Source of the DNA: an uncultured Candidatus Saccharibacteria bacterium
GTDB lineage: Bacteria; Patescibacteriota; Doudnabacteria; UBA920
Assembly: GCA_964453405.1 (NCBI GenBank)
Contig: CAYVOF010000003.1
Span: forward strand, 4,286-68,285
Length of the DNA: 64,000 bases
Direction: 5' to 3'
The notes beneath the pieces are model-generated. The model did not search any database, was not told where the DNA came from, and saw only the letters and a list, made by a program, of their open reading frames with translations. This document shows, in pieces, positions 15,823 to 26,919 of the stretch. Each line of letters begins with the position of its first letter. The stretch's first letter is position 1. The position numbers were made by a program, and so were the translations under genes.

Positions 15823-16197
15823 ATGTCAGACAAACAGTTAGAAGTATTAGCTACGGAATATGCTGAGTTAGCTAAGGATAAAAATATCGACGCAGCTACT
15901 TTGATGATCAATGCTTTACAGCAGCAGGATCAAAATCGACTCACTCCTAAAACCCGCCGCATAGCATTTTTGATTTCCTTAGGTGTTCCGCCAGTTGGGT
16001 ATCTTTTGGCACTATATTATTTTTTCTTTAAGGAAGAATCTGACGCTAAAACAACTGCTTACTGGTGTGCGGCATTAACTACAATTTCTTTGGTTGGTTC
16101 GATTGTTTTCTTTAATCTAATACTAAGCGGATCTGGGCAAAGCGTTGAGCAGATTCAACAAATTAAGCCATCTGATATTTATGAATTAGTTCAATAA
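15823..16197 (+). CDS. hypothetical membrane protein
   Basis: Two TM segments. Confidence 0.7.
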   Translation: MSDKQLEVLATEYAELAKDKNIDAATLMINALQQQDQNRLTPKTRRIAFLISLGVPPVGYLLALYYFFFKEESDAKTTAYWCAALTTISLVGSIVFFNLILSGSGQSVEQIQQIKPSDIYELVQ

Positions 16198-16239
16198 TTC
16201 ATCTGTAAAGTATGCTAAAATATATTAAAAGTTAAAATA

Positions 16240-16653
16240 ATGTTGTCACTTTTTACTATAATTGAAAACAGAATTCGTCGATGGTTTAGTCATCGCCCAA
16301 TTTTTTATGGATTTTCTGCCGGTGTAGGTATTGTACTTTTTTGGCGCGGGGTTTGGCACACTATGGATATGATTATGATGCACGTTACTCATTGGCGATT
16401 TGGATCTGAAATGGATTTCACAGGTTACTTATGGTGGGATGGACCGTTATCATTATCACTAGGGTTTCTAATTTTACTGTTTACTGGCGTGTATGTTTCG
16501 AGCTTAATTGGGAATGAAGTGATCCTTTCCGGGTTACGTGGCGAAAAGCAATTAACAGAGATGACAGAAAGAGAATTAAAAACCGAAGCAGGTGCAATCG
16601 CCAAGCTTCAACGCACTTTAGACGACCTTAAAGATCATATTAAAAAACACTAA
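16240..16653 (+). CDS. hypothetical membrane protein
   Basis: GVGIVLFWRGVW, two TM segments, C-terminal coiled coil. Confidence 0.75.
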   Translation: MLSLFTIIENRIRRWFSHRPIFYGFSAGVGIVLFWRGVWHTMDMIMMHVTHWRFGSEMDFTGYLWWDGPLSLSLGFLILLFTGVYVSSLIGNEVILSGLRGEKQLTEMTERELKTEAGAIAKLQRTLDDLKDHIKKH

Positions 16654-16660
16654 TTAGTAG

Positions 16661-17350
16661 ATGAATTTAAATCATTTAGCAATAATTCCTGATGGCAACC
16701 GAAGATGGGCGAAAGCTCGTCTTTTATTACCATGGCAAGGCCATGTTGAAGGAGTACAGCGTTTTTGGGAGCTCGCCGAGTATTGCGCTCAGACTGGTAT
16801 AAAACACCTAACTTTTTGGGCCGGCTCATACAGTAATTTACAAAAGCGCAGTAAGGCTGAAGTAGATGTATTGTATAAATTATTAGGTGATGAACTTTCT
16901 AAGCCAGAATTACTAGAAAAGCTAAATAAGAATAAAACTAGTTTAAGAGTAATCGGTGAATGGCCAGATTTTGCTCGAGACGAAAAGTTGGCCGAGGTAT
17001 TAGCGGACGTCGAAGCAAAAACTAAAGATTTTTCTGAACACCACGTTACCATTTTGTTTGGTTATGACGGTCAACGCGAAATGCTTTCCGCTGTACAAAA
17101 GTTGCGGGATAATTGGGGAGAAGTAACTAAAGAGAATCTACAAGCTAACTTATTAACCGCTTCCTTACCAGAAGTTGATTTAACAATTCGCACTGGCGGT
17201 GAACCACACTGGTCTGCAGGATTCTTGATGTGGCAAACAGCCAACAGTCAATTTTATTTTACAGACCAACTATGGCCGGACTTTAAAGTTCCGGAATTAA
17301 AAAAAGCGCTCGAAGATTTCGAGCGCCGTGAACGACGGTTGGGTAAGTGA
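16661..17350 (+). CDS. uppS: undecaprenyl-diphosphate synthase
   Basis: HLAIIPDGNRRWA, DLTIRTGGE, LWPDF, RERRLGK. Confidence 0.96.
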   Translation: MNLNHLAIIPDGNRRWAKARLLLPWQGHVEGVQRFWELAEYCAQTGIKHLTFWAGSYSNLQKRSKAEVDVLYKLLGDELSKPELLEKLNKNKTSLRVIGEWPDFARDEKLAEVLADVEAKTKDFSEHHVTILFGYDGQREMLSAVQKLRDNWGEVTKENLQANLLTASLPEVDLTIRTGGEPHWSAGFLMWQTANSQFYFTDQLWPDFKVPELKKALEDFERRERRLGK

Positions 17351-17360
17351 TCAAGCTGAA

Positions 17361-17573
17361 CTATTTGTGTTCAGCTACTGGACCCATTTCATAAGTAACA
17401 GTGATAAAGTGCAAAGTTCCGCTAGTTATTTGTCCTTGCCAATGAGTAACGGTATGAGTTGTCGATGTGATCTTTTTGAATTTCCCATCCTTCGGGCTAG
17501 ATCTTTGCCATCTTTGAATGGCTTTTATAACATCTTCGTATCTTTCCCCCTGAAATCCTTCAATATTTTCCAT
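17361..17573 (-). CDS. small hypothetical protein
   Basis: Start moved to ATG 17573 after GGAGG; follows 17588-17896. Confidence 0.55.
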   Translation of the reverse strand: MENIEGFQGERYEDVIKAIQRWQRSSPKDGKFKKITSTTHTVTHWQGQITSGTLHFITVTYEMGPVAEHK

Positions 17574-17587
17574 ATTTCCTCCAATAT

Positions 17588-17896
17588 TTATTCCAGTCCT
17601 CCACCCATTTTGCTGTGGGGGTGTGATGTTTCTCCAAAATCTTCCGAAGCTACACATACTTCCTTGCCATTACAGCTGTTTATATAAGTAGCCATTGTAA
17701 GTAATACCAAAGTTTTTTGGACTTCATCAGTAACATTTGCCAAAACACCAATATTAAATATTAGGTTAAGCCGTTGATCAACATTGAGTAGAGTGTCCTG
17801 ATTAATCATATCGACTAGTCTACTCACACCTATTTGTTTCATCATCTCAGGTTGAGAATTTACCATTACCTCTAAAATATCTTTAATTTTATACAT
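17588..17896 (-). CDS. hypothetical protein
   Basis: AGGAGG SD, 102 aa. Confidence 0.65.
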   Translation of the reverse strand: MYKIKDILEVMVNSQPEMMKQIGVSRLVDMINQDTLLNVDQRLNLIFNIGVLANVTDEVQKTLVLLTMATYINSCNGKEVCVASEDFGETSHPHSKMGGGLE

Positions 17897-17973
17897 TGGT
17901 TCCTCCTAAAAATTTATCTTAAAACTAAAAACAAAAACACATAACAAAAAATGTTGTTGTGTGTTTTTGTTTT

Positions 17974-18322
17974 GCTTCAAGCAGACTCGTAAGCCGAATT
18001 TAGTTTCTAAGCGATAATCAATCTGGGACTGTTGTTGCCAACAGCCTCGTGCTGTCTACCTAATTTGACATTGCACTCAAGTAAGAGTTTAGCCGTTTCA
18101 TCCGCTATGTTGCCATAACGATTAATCCGCACTTTTAAGGGTGTGGACTCCATTACATTTCTGCGTTGGCGTCACTGTTCGCATCTCATAAGTTACCTTA
18201 GACGGGGGTTACCCGCTACTAGTTGTTCATGACTCTATAGAGGCCATCAACGTGAGTGTTCGGACTTTCCTCTGCAGCTGGACTTGCGCCTAACTGAAGT
18301 AATCGCTCGATCTGCTTAAAGC
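17974..18322 (-). ncRNA. rnpB: RNase P RNA
   Basis: Minus strand has GAGGAAAGTCCG and ...AATTCGGCTTA (P4); P1 GCTTTAAGCAGA/TCTGCTTGAAGC. Confidence 0.93.
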
Positions 18323-18406
18323 CTCAATATAATGCCATAGTTACTAGGTTTTGTCAATGTCAAACTGCTTAGATCAATGGTATAATACATAAATAAATAG
18401 GCTAAT

Positions 18407-19540
18407 TTGGCTTATTCCTGTTTTATTAACCTAAATATTTTGAAAACTTCCCAAGTAATCTTAGCTCACGACTCTTTTACTCAATACGGTGGAGCGGAAC
18501 GCGTTATTGGCGCTATCGCCGAAATTTATCCATCATCAGAAATCTACACTTTAGCGGTTGATCCAAGAATTGCTAAACACTTTCCTGGACACAAATTTAA
18601 AACTAGTTTGGTTCAATTTTTTTATTCTATTGTTCCAAAGTTGCAGTGGTGGTTTCCGTTAGCACCAGTTGCTTTAAGATTGCTTAAACTCGAACCAACT
18701 AAAGTTGTAATTAGTAGTAGTTCTGCTTTTATGAAAGGATTGCGCAAACCAGCTGGAAGTATTCATATTGATTATTGTCATACACCGACTCGATTCTTAT
18801 GGAGTGATGTTGTATATGCGGCTGGTGAGGTTCCAAAAGTGATGCGTGGATTTATGCGGATGTACTTACGTTGGTTGCGTCGTTGGGATCTTGCAGCAGC
18901 TAAGCGCGTAGATTATTTTGTAGCTAACTCCAAAGAAGTTCAACAACGCATTAAAACATACTACAAACGGGACAGTGAACTTATTTATCCTTTCATCGAT
19001 GTAGATTTTTGGCACGCGTCTGTAAGCAAGCAGGATTACTTTTTAATGGCTGGCCGCATTACTCCATATAAAGGTTATGAAAATATAATTAAAATTTTTA
19101 ATGAACTGCAAATCCCTTTGCATGTAGTTGGTGAAGGCCGCTACGCCGCATACCTAAGATCGATTGCAAAAAGTAATATTACTTTTTTGGGAAAAGTTTC
19201 TGATACAGTTTTGCGCAATCAGTATAGCGGTGCCAAAGCATTTATTTATCCTCAAATAGAAGACTTTGGACTTATGCCCCTCGAGGCCGCTAGCTGTGGT
19301 ACACCAACTATTGCTTTGGCAAAAGCCGGAAGTTTGGAAACCGTAGTTCTACAAGTGACAGGTGAGTTAATTGAACAATTTGATTTTCAAACCTTATCAC
19401 AGCTAATTAAGAACTGGGACCAATCAAAATATGACGAAAATAAAATGCGTGAGCACGCTAATAAGTTTAGTAAGCAAATTTTTAAAGAAAAGATTGCGCG
19501 ATTTGTAGAACAGCGTATTACTGAAAAGGAGATGAAATGA
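18407..19540 (+). CDS. glycosyltransferase family 4
   Basis: GGAERV, YCHTPTR, EDFGLMPLEAASCG; start uncertain (TTG 18440 possible). Confidence 0.93.
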   Translation: MAYSCFINLNILKTSQVILAHDSFTQYGGAERVIGAIAEIYPSSEIYTLAVDPRIAKHFPGHKFKTSLVQFFYSIVPKLQWWFPLAPVALRLLKLEPTKVVISSSSAFMKGLRKPAGSIHIDYCHTPTRFLWSDVVYAAGEVPKVMRGFMRMYLRWLRRWDLAAAKRVDYFVANSKEVQQRIKTYYKRDSELIYPFIDVDFWHASVSKQDYFLMAGRITPYKGYENIIKIFNELQIPLHVVGEGRYAAYLRSIAKSNITFLGKVSDTVLRNQYSGAKAFIYPQIEDFGLMPLEAASCGTPTIALAKAGSLETVVLQVTGELIEQFDFQTLSQLIKNWDQSKYDENKMREHANKFSKQIFKEKIARFVEQRITEKEMK

Positions 19541-20652
19541 ACATTACCATAGATTTGCGTAGCTTACATACTTCAGAGTTCAGTGGTGTCGAATATTCTT
19601 CGGTGCAAATAATTGAACAACTTTTAGAGCTCGATAAACATAATCATTATTTACTTTTCTACAACGGCTTTCAAAAAAAGTCCTTTGATCAGTTTCATTT
19701 TGTAAATGGAAAGTTTAAACAAACCCGAATTCCAAATCGCTTTTTAAACTTAAGCTACAAGTTTTTACACTGGCCAAAGTTAGAAAGCTTAACTAATGGT
19801 AACCAAATAGTCTTATTACCCAATCCGAGCATGGTACGACTGCGCTCTACTACCAAACTAATTCTAGTAGTGCACGACTTGTCACCAGTATTGATGCCGC
19901 AAATGTATTCTTGGAAGGATCAACTTTGGCACAAATTAATTAACATTCCAGCACTTTGCAAGCGCGCCGATAAAATTTTGGCTGTGTCAGAATATACTAA
20001 ACAATCGCTAATAAAAGAATTTGGAATTAGTCCGGATAAAATTCAAGTTGGCTTACTTGGAATTGATCATGATCGATATCATTCTGATTTACCTATCGGG
20101 TTATTGCGGCGGGTTCGCAATATTTATAATTTACCAGGCGAGTTCATTTTATTTGTTGGAACCTTAGAACCACGCAAAAATTTGCCAGCTCTAATCAAAG
20201 CTTTTGAGGCTTTAAAAAGCGATCAAACTTTAGTAATTGCAGGTAAACTTGGTTGGCGTTACAGTGAAGTTATGAAGATGATCGAGAACAGTCCTAAACG
20301 CAAACAAATAATATACTTAGGCTACATTCCAGAGGAACATAAACCTGCGTTAATTAAATTAGCGCGAGTGTTTGCTTGGCCAAGTTTGTACGAAGGATTT
20401 GGTTTACCCGTACTAGAAGCCATGGCTGTTGGTACACCGGTGTTAACTTCGAGTGTTACATCTCTACCAGAAGTAGTTGGGGATAGCGCACTAACAGTTA
20501 GCCCGTATAATGTCTCAGAAATTGCTCGGGGCTTGGAAGTATTGCTAACCGACCAGGCGGTGCGCGATAATTACATACAAAAAGGCTTGGAACGCAGTAA
20601 AAATTTTACTTGGCAACACACTGCGCAAGTGCTTTATAATTTATTAACCTAG
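19537..20652 (+). CDS. glycosyltransferase family 4
   Basis: [23 protein letters not shown]. Confidence 0.94.
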   Translation: MNITIDLRSLHTSEFSGVEYSSVQIIEQLLELDKHNHYLLFYNGFQKKSFDQFHFVNGKFKQTRIPNRFLNLSYKFLHWPKLESLTNGNQIVLLPNPSMVRLRSTTKLILVVHDLSPVLMPQMYSWKDQLWHKLINIPALCKRADKILAVSEYTKQSLIKEFGISPDKIQVGLLGIDHDRYHSDLPIGLLRRVRNIYNLPGEFILFVGTLEPRKNLPALIKAFEALKSDQTLVIAGKLGWRYSEVMKMIENSPKRKQIIYLGYIPEEHKPALIKLARVFAWPSLYEGFGLPVLEAMAVGTPVLTSSVTSLPEVVGDSALTVSPYNVSEIARGLEVLLTDQAVRDNYIQKGLERSKNFTWQHTAQVLYNLLT

Positions 20653-20655
20653 ATT

Positions 20656-21816
20656 ATGAAGATAGGCTTTGATTTTAGAATGGGTGGGAGTATAAATGCG
20701 GGAATTGGCCGTTATAGTTTTGAGTTACTCAAAGCGATGCTAGAACGTAATAAGCAAGTTAACAGTCCGGATAATTTTGTAGTCTTTTATAATTCCAATA
20801 ATGTTAACATTGATGACTTAGAAGTTTTAGAAAATTTAGGGGCGGAACTAATGGAAGCCAATTTTAGACACTATTCTTTAGGTGAGCAATTCTTTTTTCC
20901 ACGCTTACTTAATAAGTACAACTTTGATTTAGTTCATTTTCCTAACTTTAATGTTCCAATTTTTTACAAAGGTAAGTATGTCGTGACTATTCATGATATG
21001 GTGCATCATCAGTTAAGCGGTCATAAAAAGAGTCGTTATTATAAATTTTTGGCTTATAAATATATTATTGCTCAAGCCGCTAAGCGATCCGAAGCAATCT
21101 TTACAGTTACCGAAGCAGCAAAAAAAAGTATCACTCAATTATTAAGCGTTGAATCCGACAAAGTTATAGTTACTTACGAAGCCCCAGGTCAAATAATAAA
21201 AAACCCTGGAGATTTTACCAAACTTAAAGAAACTTACTTAATTAAAGGTCCCTACTTACTTTTTGTGGGATCGTTAGAGCGTAAAAAGAATATCATAAAC
21301 CTCTGTTTAGGGTTTGATAAGTTAATTTCTAAATATCATTATGATTTAGATTTAGTTTTATTGGGTAAAGTAGATCCTTACTATCCAGAAGTCAAAGAGC
21401 AAGCTTTGACTATTCAAAATAGCAATCACTTAATTTTTACCGGCTATGTAAACAATATAGATCAAGCAAATTTTTATCAAAACGCGTTTGGTTTTATAAC
21501 CGCTTCGATGCACGAAGGATTTGGTTTACCAGGATTAGAAGCTATGCAGTACGGTATCCCTGTGCTAGCAAGCAATATTGAAGTATTTAACGAAGTATAC
21601 GACAATGCAGCAATATATTTTGACGGCTTAAATCCTGATGATATTGCTGATAAAATACAATTACTGGTTAGCGATCAGCCATTTTATGAATCTATGCAAA
21701 AAAAAGGTTTAAAACGGGCAAGTTTGTTTTCTTGGGAACGGGCCGCTGATCAAACTTTAAAGGTATATCACTCACAACCAGCACCAGCACTAAACTTAGA
21801 ACCAGAACTCGAATAA
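20656..21816 (+). CDS. glycosyltransferase family 4
   Basis: GIGRY, VTIHD, EGFGLPGLEAM. Confidence 0.94.
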   Translation: MKIGFDFRMGGSINAGIGRYSFELLKAMLERNKQVNSPDNFVVFYNSNNVNIDDLEVLENLGAELMEANFRHYSLGEQFFFPRLLNKYNFDLVHFPNFNVPIFYKGKYVVTIHDMVHHQLSGHKKSRYYKFLAYKYIIAQAAKRSEAIFTVTEAAKKSITQLLSVESDKVIVTYEAPGQIIKNPGDFTKLKETYLIKGPYLLFVGSLERKKNIINLCLGFDKLISKYHYDLDLVLLGKVDPYYPEVKEQALTIQNSNHLIFTGYVNNIDQANFYQNAFGFITASMHEGFGLPGLEAMQYGIPVLASNIEVFNEVYDNAAIYFDGLNPDDIADKIQLLVSDQPFYESMQKKGLKRASLFSWERAADQTLKVYHSQPAPALNLEPELE

Positions 21817-21822
21817 TTATTT

Positions 21823-22965
21823 ATGTCTTATCCATCTAACCCAAAGTATGTTGTTTTAGCCGGAGGTCTTACAGGCGGACCAATCGCTCCACTTTTAGGC
21901 GTGGTTAATTTTTGGCGTACAAAAGACGAACGAATCACTCCGGTAATAATTGACGTTGCTCACAGTTTTGGCCAAGCAATTTCGGATAAACATCAAATTA
22001 AATTTTTTAGAATAATAACTGGTAAGCTTCGTCGCTATCGAACATGGAAAAATTTACTGTTTCCGTTGTGGTTGTTCATCGGATTTATTCAGTCACTATT
22101 TATTTTATACAAAGTTAAACCACGAATTGTTTTAGGTGCCGGAGGTTTTGCACAATTGCCTGTGATGTATGCAGCTTGGATCTTGCGAATTCCGAGAGTT
22201 ATTCACCAACAAGATGTTTTGGTAACAATGTCAAACCGTTTATGTTCGCCAATTGCAAATATCATTACTACAACTTTTGAATCTTCAATCAGAGATTTTT
22301 ATCAAGAAACCGGATTAGGTTCAAAGTACATCAAAGGAACGAAAGTTTTTTGGACGGGCAACCCATCGGAATATGAACACTTTGACTACAATAATAAAAA
22401 ACAATTACAGCTTCCTCAAAACATCCAACTTCATAATGAGTTGCCAGTATTGCTAGTGTTTGGCGGTGCCAGTGGAGCTCAAGGAATCAACATACCAATT
22501 ATCAAAGCTTTGCCAGAGCTAATTAAAGTTGTACAAATTATTCATGTTACAGGACCCAATAATGAACACCCAACGGCCTCGACCAACTATCATCCAATTG
22601 AACTATCAAAAAATATGGCAGCACTATATAATGCCGCAGATTTAGTCATAGGCCGTGCTGGCATTAATACCCTCACAGAGTTGGCAGAATTCGAAAAACC
22701 GAGTATAATTGTGCCGATGCCAGATTCTCATCAAGAATTAAATGCAGAGTTGTTGTATAACTGTAAAGCCGCTTTGATTTTGGATCAGAGTAATTTACCA
22801 CCGGATATTTTAATACGATCCATCCGCAAAGTCATGTTTGATGCTGATTTGCAAAAAAATTACATTACCAATATGCGCAAATTGTTTCCAAAGAAAGCTT
22901 CAAGTAATATTGTAGATTTAATAGAAAAACTATTAGCCACTCGCAATGCCAAACAAAAAAAATAA
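21823..22965 (+). CDS. murG: MurG-family glycosyltransferase (GT28), divergent
   Basis: GGLTGG, GKLRRY, GGFAQLP, TGNP, GGASGA, ADLVIGRAG, HQELNA. Confidence 0.85.
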   Translation: MSYPSNPKYVVLAGGLTGGPIAPLLGVVNFWRTKDERITPVIIDVAHSFGQAISDKHQIKFFRIITGKLRRYRTWKNLLFPLWLFIGFIQSLFILYKVKPRIVLGAGGFAQLPVMYAAWILRIPRVIHQQDVLVTMSNRLCSPIANIITTTFESSIRDFYQETGLGSKYIKGTKVFWTGNPSEYEHFDYNNKKQLQLPQNIQLHNELPVLLVFGGASGAQGINIPIIKALPELIKVVQIIHVTGPNNEHPTASTNYHPIELSKNMAALYNAADLVIGRAGINTLTELAEFEKPSIIVPMPDSHQELNAELLYNCKAALILDQSNLPPDILIRSIRKVMFDADLQKNYITNMRKLFPKKASSNIVDLIEKLLATRNAKQKK

Positions 22966-23995
22966 CGTCAAAGTCGGTCTAGCTTTTAGCGGCGCTTCAA
23001 CTCGTTCTATTTTTTATATTGGTTTTTTAGAAGTATTAAAGGAAAATGATTTTCCAATCGATTATATTGCAGCTTTGTCCGGTGGTACTATAGTAGCAGC
23101 CAGCTTTGCCAGCGGCACAATGCACAAGCTTAAAGAGATGGCTTTTAAAATTAATAAAGAAGTAATCTTTAGTTTGATCGAAAGAAGCAAAGGTAAAGGC
23201 GGTTTGTACCATTTGGATAGAGTAGAGGAACTACTCCGCAGTTTTACTAAAAATTATAACTTCGAAGATGTTACTCCACGACTAGGTTTTATTGCCACAG
23301 ACATTGTTGCTGGTGAAGAAGTAGTTCTGCAAGTTGGAGATTTAGCTCAGGCGGTTTGTGCTTCATGTTCATTACCAGTTGTATTCCAGCCGCGTGAGTG
23401 GGGAAATAAAGTTTTAGTTGATGGCGGAATTATTAACATTGTTCCAGGTAATGTTGCCAGACAGGCTGATATGGATTTAGTAATTGGGATTGATCTCCGC
23501 GCCACCCGGCATATTTTTAGCCCATGGCAAATTTTAGCGCGCAGAATTGTAAATAAAATAAAAACTCTTATTTGGCCGGAGCAGGTAGAAAAATTATGGC
23601 AATTAATATTGAATAAATTTCGTTTATCAGACTTTTGGCAAAATAATTTTTATTTAGGTCAATCTGGGCACAAACTAAAAGGGACAAATCTATTCACTGT
23701 GATTGGTCGTTCATTGGATATTGCTATTAAAGCTCAGCAGGAACAAGACCCGAGTGGTAATTTTGATTGTGACTTAATTATTTCGCCTGAACTAGAAATT
23801 CCTTTTTGGAAGAAGATGCTGTTTATTCGATTCGCGCATATCGCTAATACTCGGGATTATTATTTAGAAGGACGTAAAGCTGCAGAAGAAAATTTGCCAA
23901 AGATGTGGCAACTACTGAAAAACAAGGAATTATCAAAACTAGAGACTCCCATTGTTGCACAAGAAGAAATGTTAAAGCAATTATTTACAAAATAG
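22946..23995 (+). CDS. patatin-like phospholipase
   Basis: GLAFSG, ALSGG nucleophile elbow, ASCSLP, LVDGG. Confidence 0.85.
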   Translation: MPNKKNNVKVGLAFSGASTRSIFYIGFLEVLKENDFPIDYIAALSGGTIVAASFASGTMHKLKEMAFKINKEVIFSLIERSKGKGGLYHLDRVEELLRSFTKNYNFEDVTPRLGFIATDIVAGEEVVLQVGDLAQAVCASCSLPVVFQPREWGNKVLVDGGIINIVPGNVARQADMDLVIGIDLRATRHIFSPWQILARRIVNKIKTLIWPEQVEKLWQLILNKFRLSDFWQNNFYLGQSGHKLKGTNLFTVIGRSLDIAIKAQQEQDPSGNFDCDLIISPELEIPFWKKMLFIRFAHIANTRDYYLEGRKAAEENLPKMWQLLKNKELSKLETPIVAQEEMLKQLFTK

Positions 23996-23997
23996 CC

Positions 23998-25419
23998 ATG
24001 AACTTAACTGAACAATCAAAAATTTATTTTATAGGAATTGGTGGCATCGCTATGTCTGCTGCGGCTGGTATAGCTAAGGAGTTAAAATATGAAGTCTCCG
24101 GAAGTGACAGTAAGGCTATTTATGACCCTGCTAAATCTGTCTTAGATGAGCTAGATATTCCTTATAACGTTGGTTATGATGCCTCACATATAACTCCAGA
24201 ACTGCAGTTGCACGGCATTTTTATTGCGTCAGCTGGGGAGGATCTCTCCAATCCAGAAGTTGCTTATTTGCGAGAACATGACATGGAAATTAATTCCTTG
24301 AGCGAACTGTTATTTGAGCTGTCAAAAAATCAGTTGCGCATAGTCGTGACTGGCACTCATGGTAAATCCACTACTACAGCCATGCTAGGACAAAGTTTAA
24401 AGCAAATCGATGATAGTTCTTTTATGACCGGCGCAGTACTTCAAGATACAAAACGCAATTTTTATTTTGGCGACGGTCATTATTTTACCTTTGAGGGCGA
24501 CGAATATAAGGCTTTGTTTGATGACCCGACCCCGAAGTTCCAGCAATATAAACCTGATATTGTTGTTTTAACAAATTTGGAATTTGATCATCCGGATATT
24601 TTCTCTTCCGTCGAAGAAATAAAAGCTGAGCTAGCAGAATTATTAGACAAGATGCCAGATGACGGTATAATTTTTTACAACGCTGACGCAAGTGAGCTAA
24701 TCAAGACTGTTCATCACAGTAATTTAGGACAAGTAAGTTTTGGTTTGCATAACCCGGCAGATTTTATTGCGACTAATATTCAAACTTTGCCAGAGAAGAC
24801 TAGTTTTACTGTTGAGCGGGTTGACCCAGTTAGTAAGCAGCAATCTACAGAAGAATATAACATCAATGCCTTTGGTCAGATGAATGTATACAATGCTTTA
24901 GCTGTAATAACTACTTTACGCACTCTAGGATTCAGCCATGAACAAGTTCAGATGGGATTAGATTCTTACCATGGAATTAAGCGCCGTTTTGAATATTTAG
25001 GTGAACATAAAAACGCAAAAATCTTTGATGATTATGCTCATCACCCAACCGCTATCAAAGAAACTTTATCCGCTGCCCGATTGCGCTTTCCGCAATCTAG
25101 AATTTGGGCAGTGTTTGAACCTCATACTTTTAGCCGCACTAGCACAGTTTTAGAGAACCTAGCAAAAAGTTTTGAATCAGCTGACAAAGTCTTATTGGCA
25201 GAAATTTATCCGGCACGAGAAAAGAAAACAGACAACTCTATTACCGGACAGCAAGTAGTAAATGAAATTTCCAAAACTCATTCGGATGTTCGCTTGGTCG
25301 CTGATAAGCAGTCGGCTTTTAATATTCTAAAAACAGAATTAGAGCCCAATGATGTGGTAATAGTCATGGCAGTCGGCAGCTTTAATACTCTTGGTAACGA
25401 ATTGGTTGATTTAAAATAA
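23998..25419 (+). CDS. murC: MurC/Mpl-family Mur ligase
   Basis: IGIGGIAMS, GTHGKSTTT, EGDEY, DDYAHHPT, FEPH; start moved to 23998; may be Mpl-like. Confidence 0.85.
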   Translation: MNLTEQSKIYFIGIGGIAMSAAAGIAKELKYEVSGSDSKAIYDPAKSVLDELDIPYNVGYDASHITPELQLHGIFIASAGEDLSNPEVAYLREHDMEINSLSELLFELSKNQLRIVVTGTHGKSTTTAMLGQSLKQIDDSSFMTGAVLQDTKRNFYFGDGHYFTFEGDEYKALFDDPTPKFQQYKPDIVVLTNLEFDHPDIFSSVEEIKAELAELLDKMPDDGIIFYNADASELIKTVHHSNLGQVSFGLHNPADFIATNIQTLPEKTSFTVERVDPVSKQQSTEEYNINAFGQMNVYNALAVITTLRTLGFSHEQVQMGLDSYHGIKRRFEYLGEHKNAKIFDDYAHHPTAIKETLSAARLRFPQSRIWAVFEPHTFSRTSTVLENLAKSFESADKVLLAEIYPAREKKTDNSITGQQVVNEISKTHSDVRLVADKQSAFNILKTELEPNDVVIVMAVGSFNTLGNELVDLK

Positions 25420-25424
25420 TTACT

Positions 25425-26519
25425 ATGGAGATTTTAGAAAATATTCCCTTAGCTCGTTATACAACTTTTTATATCGGCGGTCCTAGTCGGTATTTAATTT
25501 TTGCGTTGGAAGTAAAAGATATTATTGAAGCAATAAATTTTGCTAAAGATAAGCAATTACCTTACTTAATTATTGGTGGCGGAAGTAATTGTTTAGTTAG
25601 CGAGAAAGGTTTTGTTGGAATCACAATCAAGATTGAAAATTTAGGTATGGATTTAGTTGAAGAAACTGATCAAACCGTAACTCTAAAAATTTCCAGCGGA
25701 GAAAAGTGGGATGATGTTGTTCGTTTTGCAACCAAAGAGAACTGGTGGGGAATAGAGAATTTGTCCCACATACCAGGCTGCACAGGTGCCTTAACTGTGC
25801 AGAATGTTGGCGCATATGGACAAGAGGCGAGTCTGGTAGTTAAAGAAGTGGAAGTAATTGACACAAAGGATAATCAAATTAAAACTTTATCTAATGAGCA
25901 AATAGAATTCGATTACAGAAAAAGCATTTTTAACAGCATTCAAAAAGGACGTTATATAATTTTATCTACGACTTTAGTATTACAAAAACAACCGCAACCT
26001 AATTTAAGTTACGGAGATTTATCTAAAAAATTTGCGGATAATGTAGAACCAACAATAAATCAAATTCGCGAAGCTGTAATTCAAATTCGCAATCAAAAGT
26101 TTCCTTACCCAGATTCACCCGAGAGAGGTAATAGCGGTTCATTCTTTAAAGGTCAGATTTTGACCGAAGATCAATTCAATTTACTCTTTGAAAAACTCAA
26201 AGCAAACTTCTCAGAAGAAGTAGTAAGTAGATTACAATCTATGCGTGATCGCTTACAAGTCAAGCAAGGATACAAGACCCCGTCAGCATTTTTAATCGAG
26301 CTTTGTGGTTTTAAAGAGCTCACCATTGGTGGAGCAAAAATTAACCCCAACCAACCAGCTATAATTATCAATTATACTGGCACTGCAACAAGCTCGGATG
26401 TATTAGCGTTGTATAAGCAAGTAAGCAGTGAGGTCTTTAATAAAACAGGGGTAAAATTAGGAATTGAACCTGAGCTAATTGGCTTCGATCAAGAAGAATT
26501 GACCAACCTAATGGTATAA
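25425..26519 (+). CDS. murB: UDP-N-acetylmuramate dehydrogenase
   Basis: IGGGSN, QNVGAYG, FDYRKS, GNSGSFFK, IEPE. Confidence 0.96.
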   Translation: MEILENIPLARYTTFYIGGPSRYLIFALEVKDIIEAINFAKDKQLPYLIIGGGSNCLVSEKGFVGITIKIENLGMDLVEETDQTVTLKISSGEKWDDVVRFATKENWWGIENLSHIPGCTGALTVQNVGAYGQEASLVVKEVEVIDTKDNQIKTLSNEQIEFDYRKSIFNSIQKGRYIILSTTLVLQKQPQPNLSYGDLSKKFADNVEPTINQIREAVIQIRNQKFPYPDSPERGNSGSFFKGQILTEDQFNLLFEKLKANFSEEVVSRLQSMRDRLQVKQGYKTPSAFLIELCGFKELTIGGAKINPNQPAIIINYTGTATSSDVLALYKQVSSEVFNKTGVKLGIEPELIGFDQEELTNLMV

Positions 26520-26540
26520 TTAATATAGAAAGGAAACCTT

Positions 26541-26873
26541 ATGAATATTAATATCAAAGCCACTAATACCACCCTTACAGATTCGATTCGTGCCAATGTT
26601 CAAGCTAAACTAGAGCCTTTAGAAAAGTTTATCCGCCCAGAAGATGTCATTCACCTCGAATTAGCAGAAGATACCAAGCACCACAGCGGTCAATTCTTTC
26701 ATGTCGATATTCAAATTAGCCCACGCGGATTTTACGCCGAAGCTCGCGCTAATGATTTTTATGAAGCCATGGATCTATTGGTTCCAAAAATTAAGCACCA
26801 ATTCACTAAAGAAAAAGATAAGAGTTTGAGTCTTCGCAAGAGATTGGGTAAATGGTTCAGTAAAGGACAATAA
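26541..26873 (+). CDS. hpf: ribosome hibernation factor HPF/RaiA
   Basis: MNINIKATNTTLTDSIR...DFYEAMDL; upstream of secA. Confidence 0.85.
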   Translation: MNINIKATNTTLTDSIRANVQAKLEPLEKFIRPEDVIHLELAEDTKHHSGQFFHVDIQISPRGFYAEARANDFYEAMDLLVPKIKHQFTKEKDKSLSLRKRLGKWFSKGQ

Positions 26874-26919
26874 AATATACAAAAAAAACAGCTGGCAACA
26901 GCTGTTTTATAAATTTACT

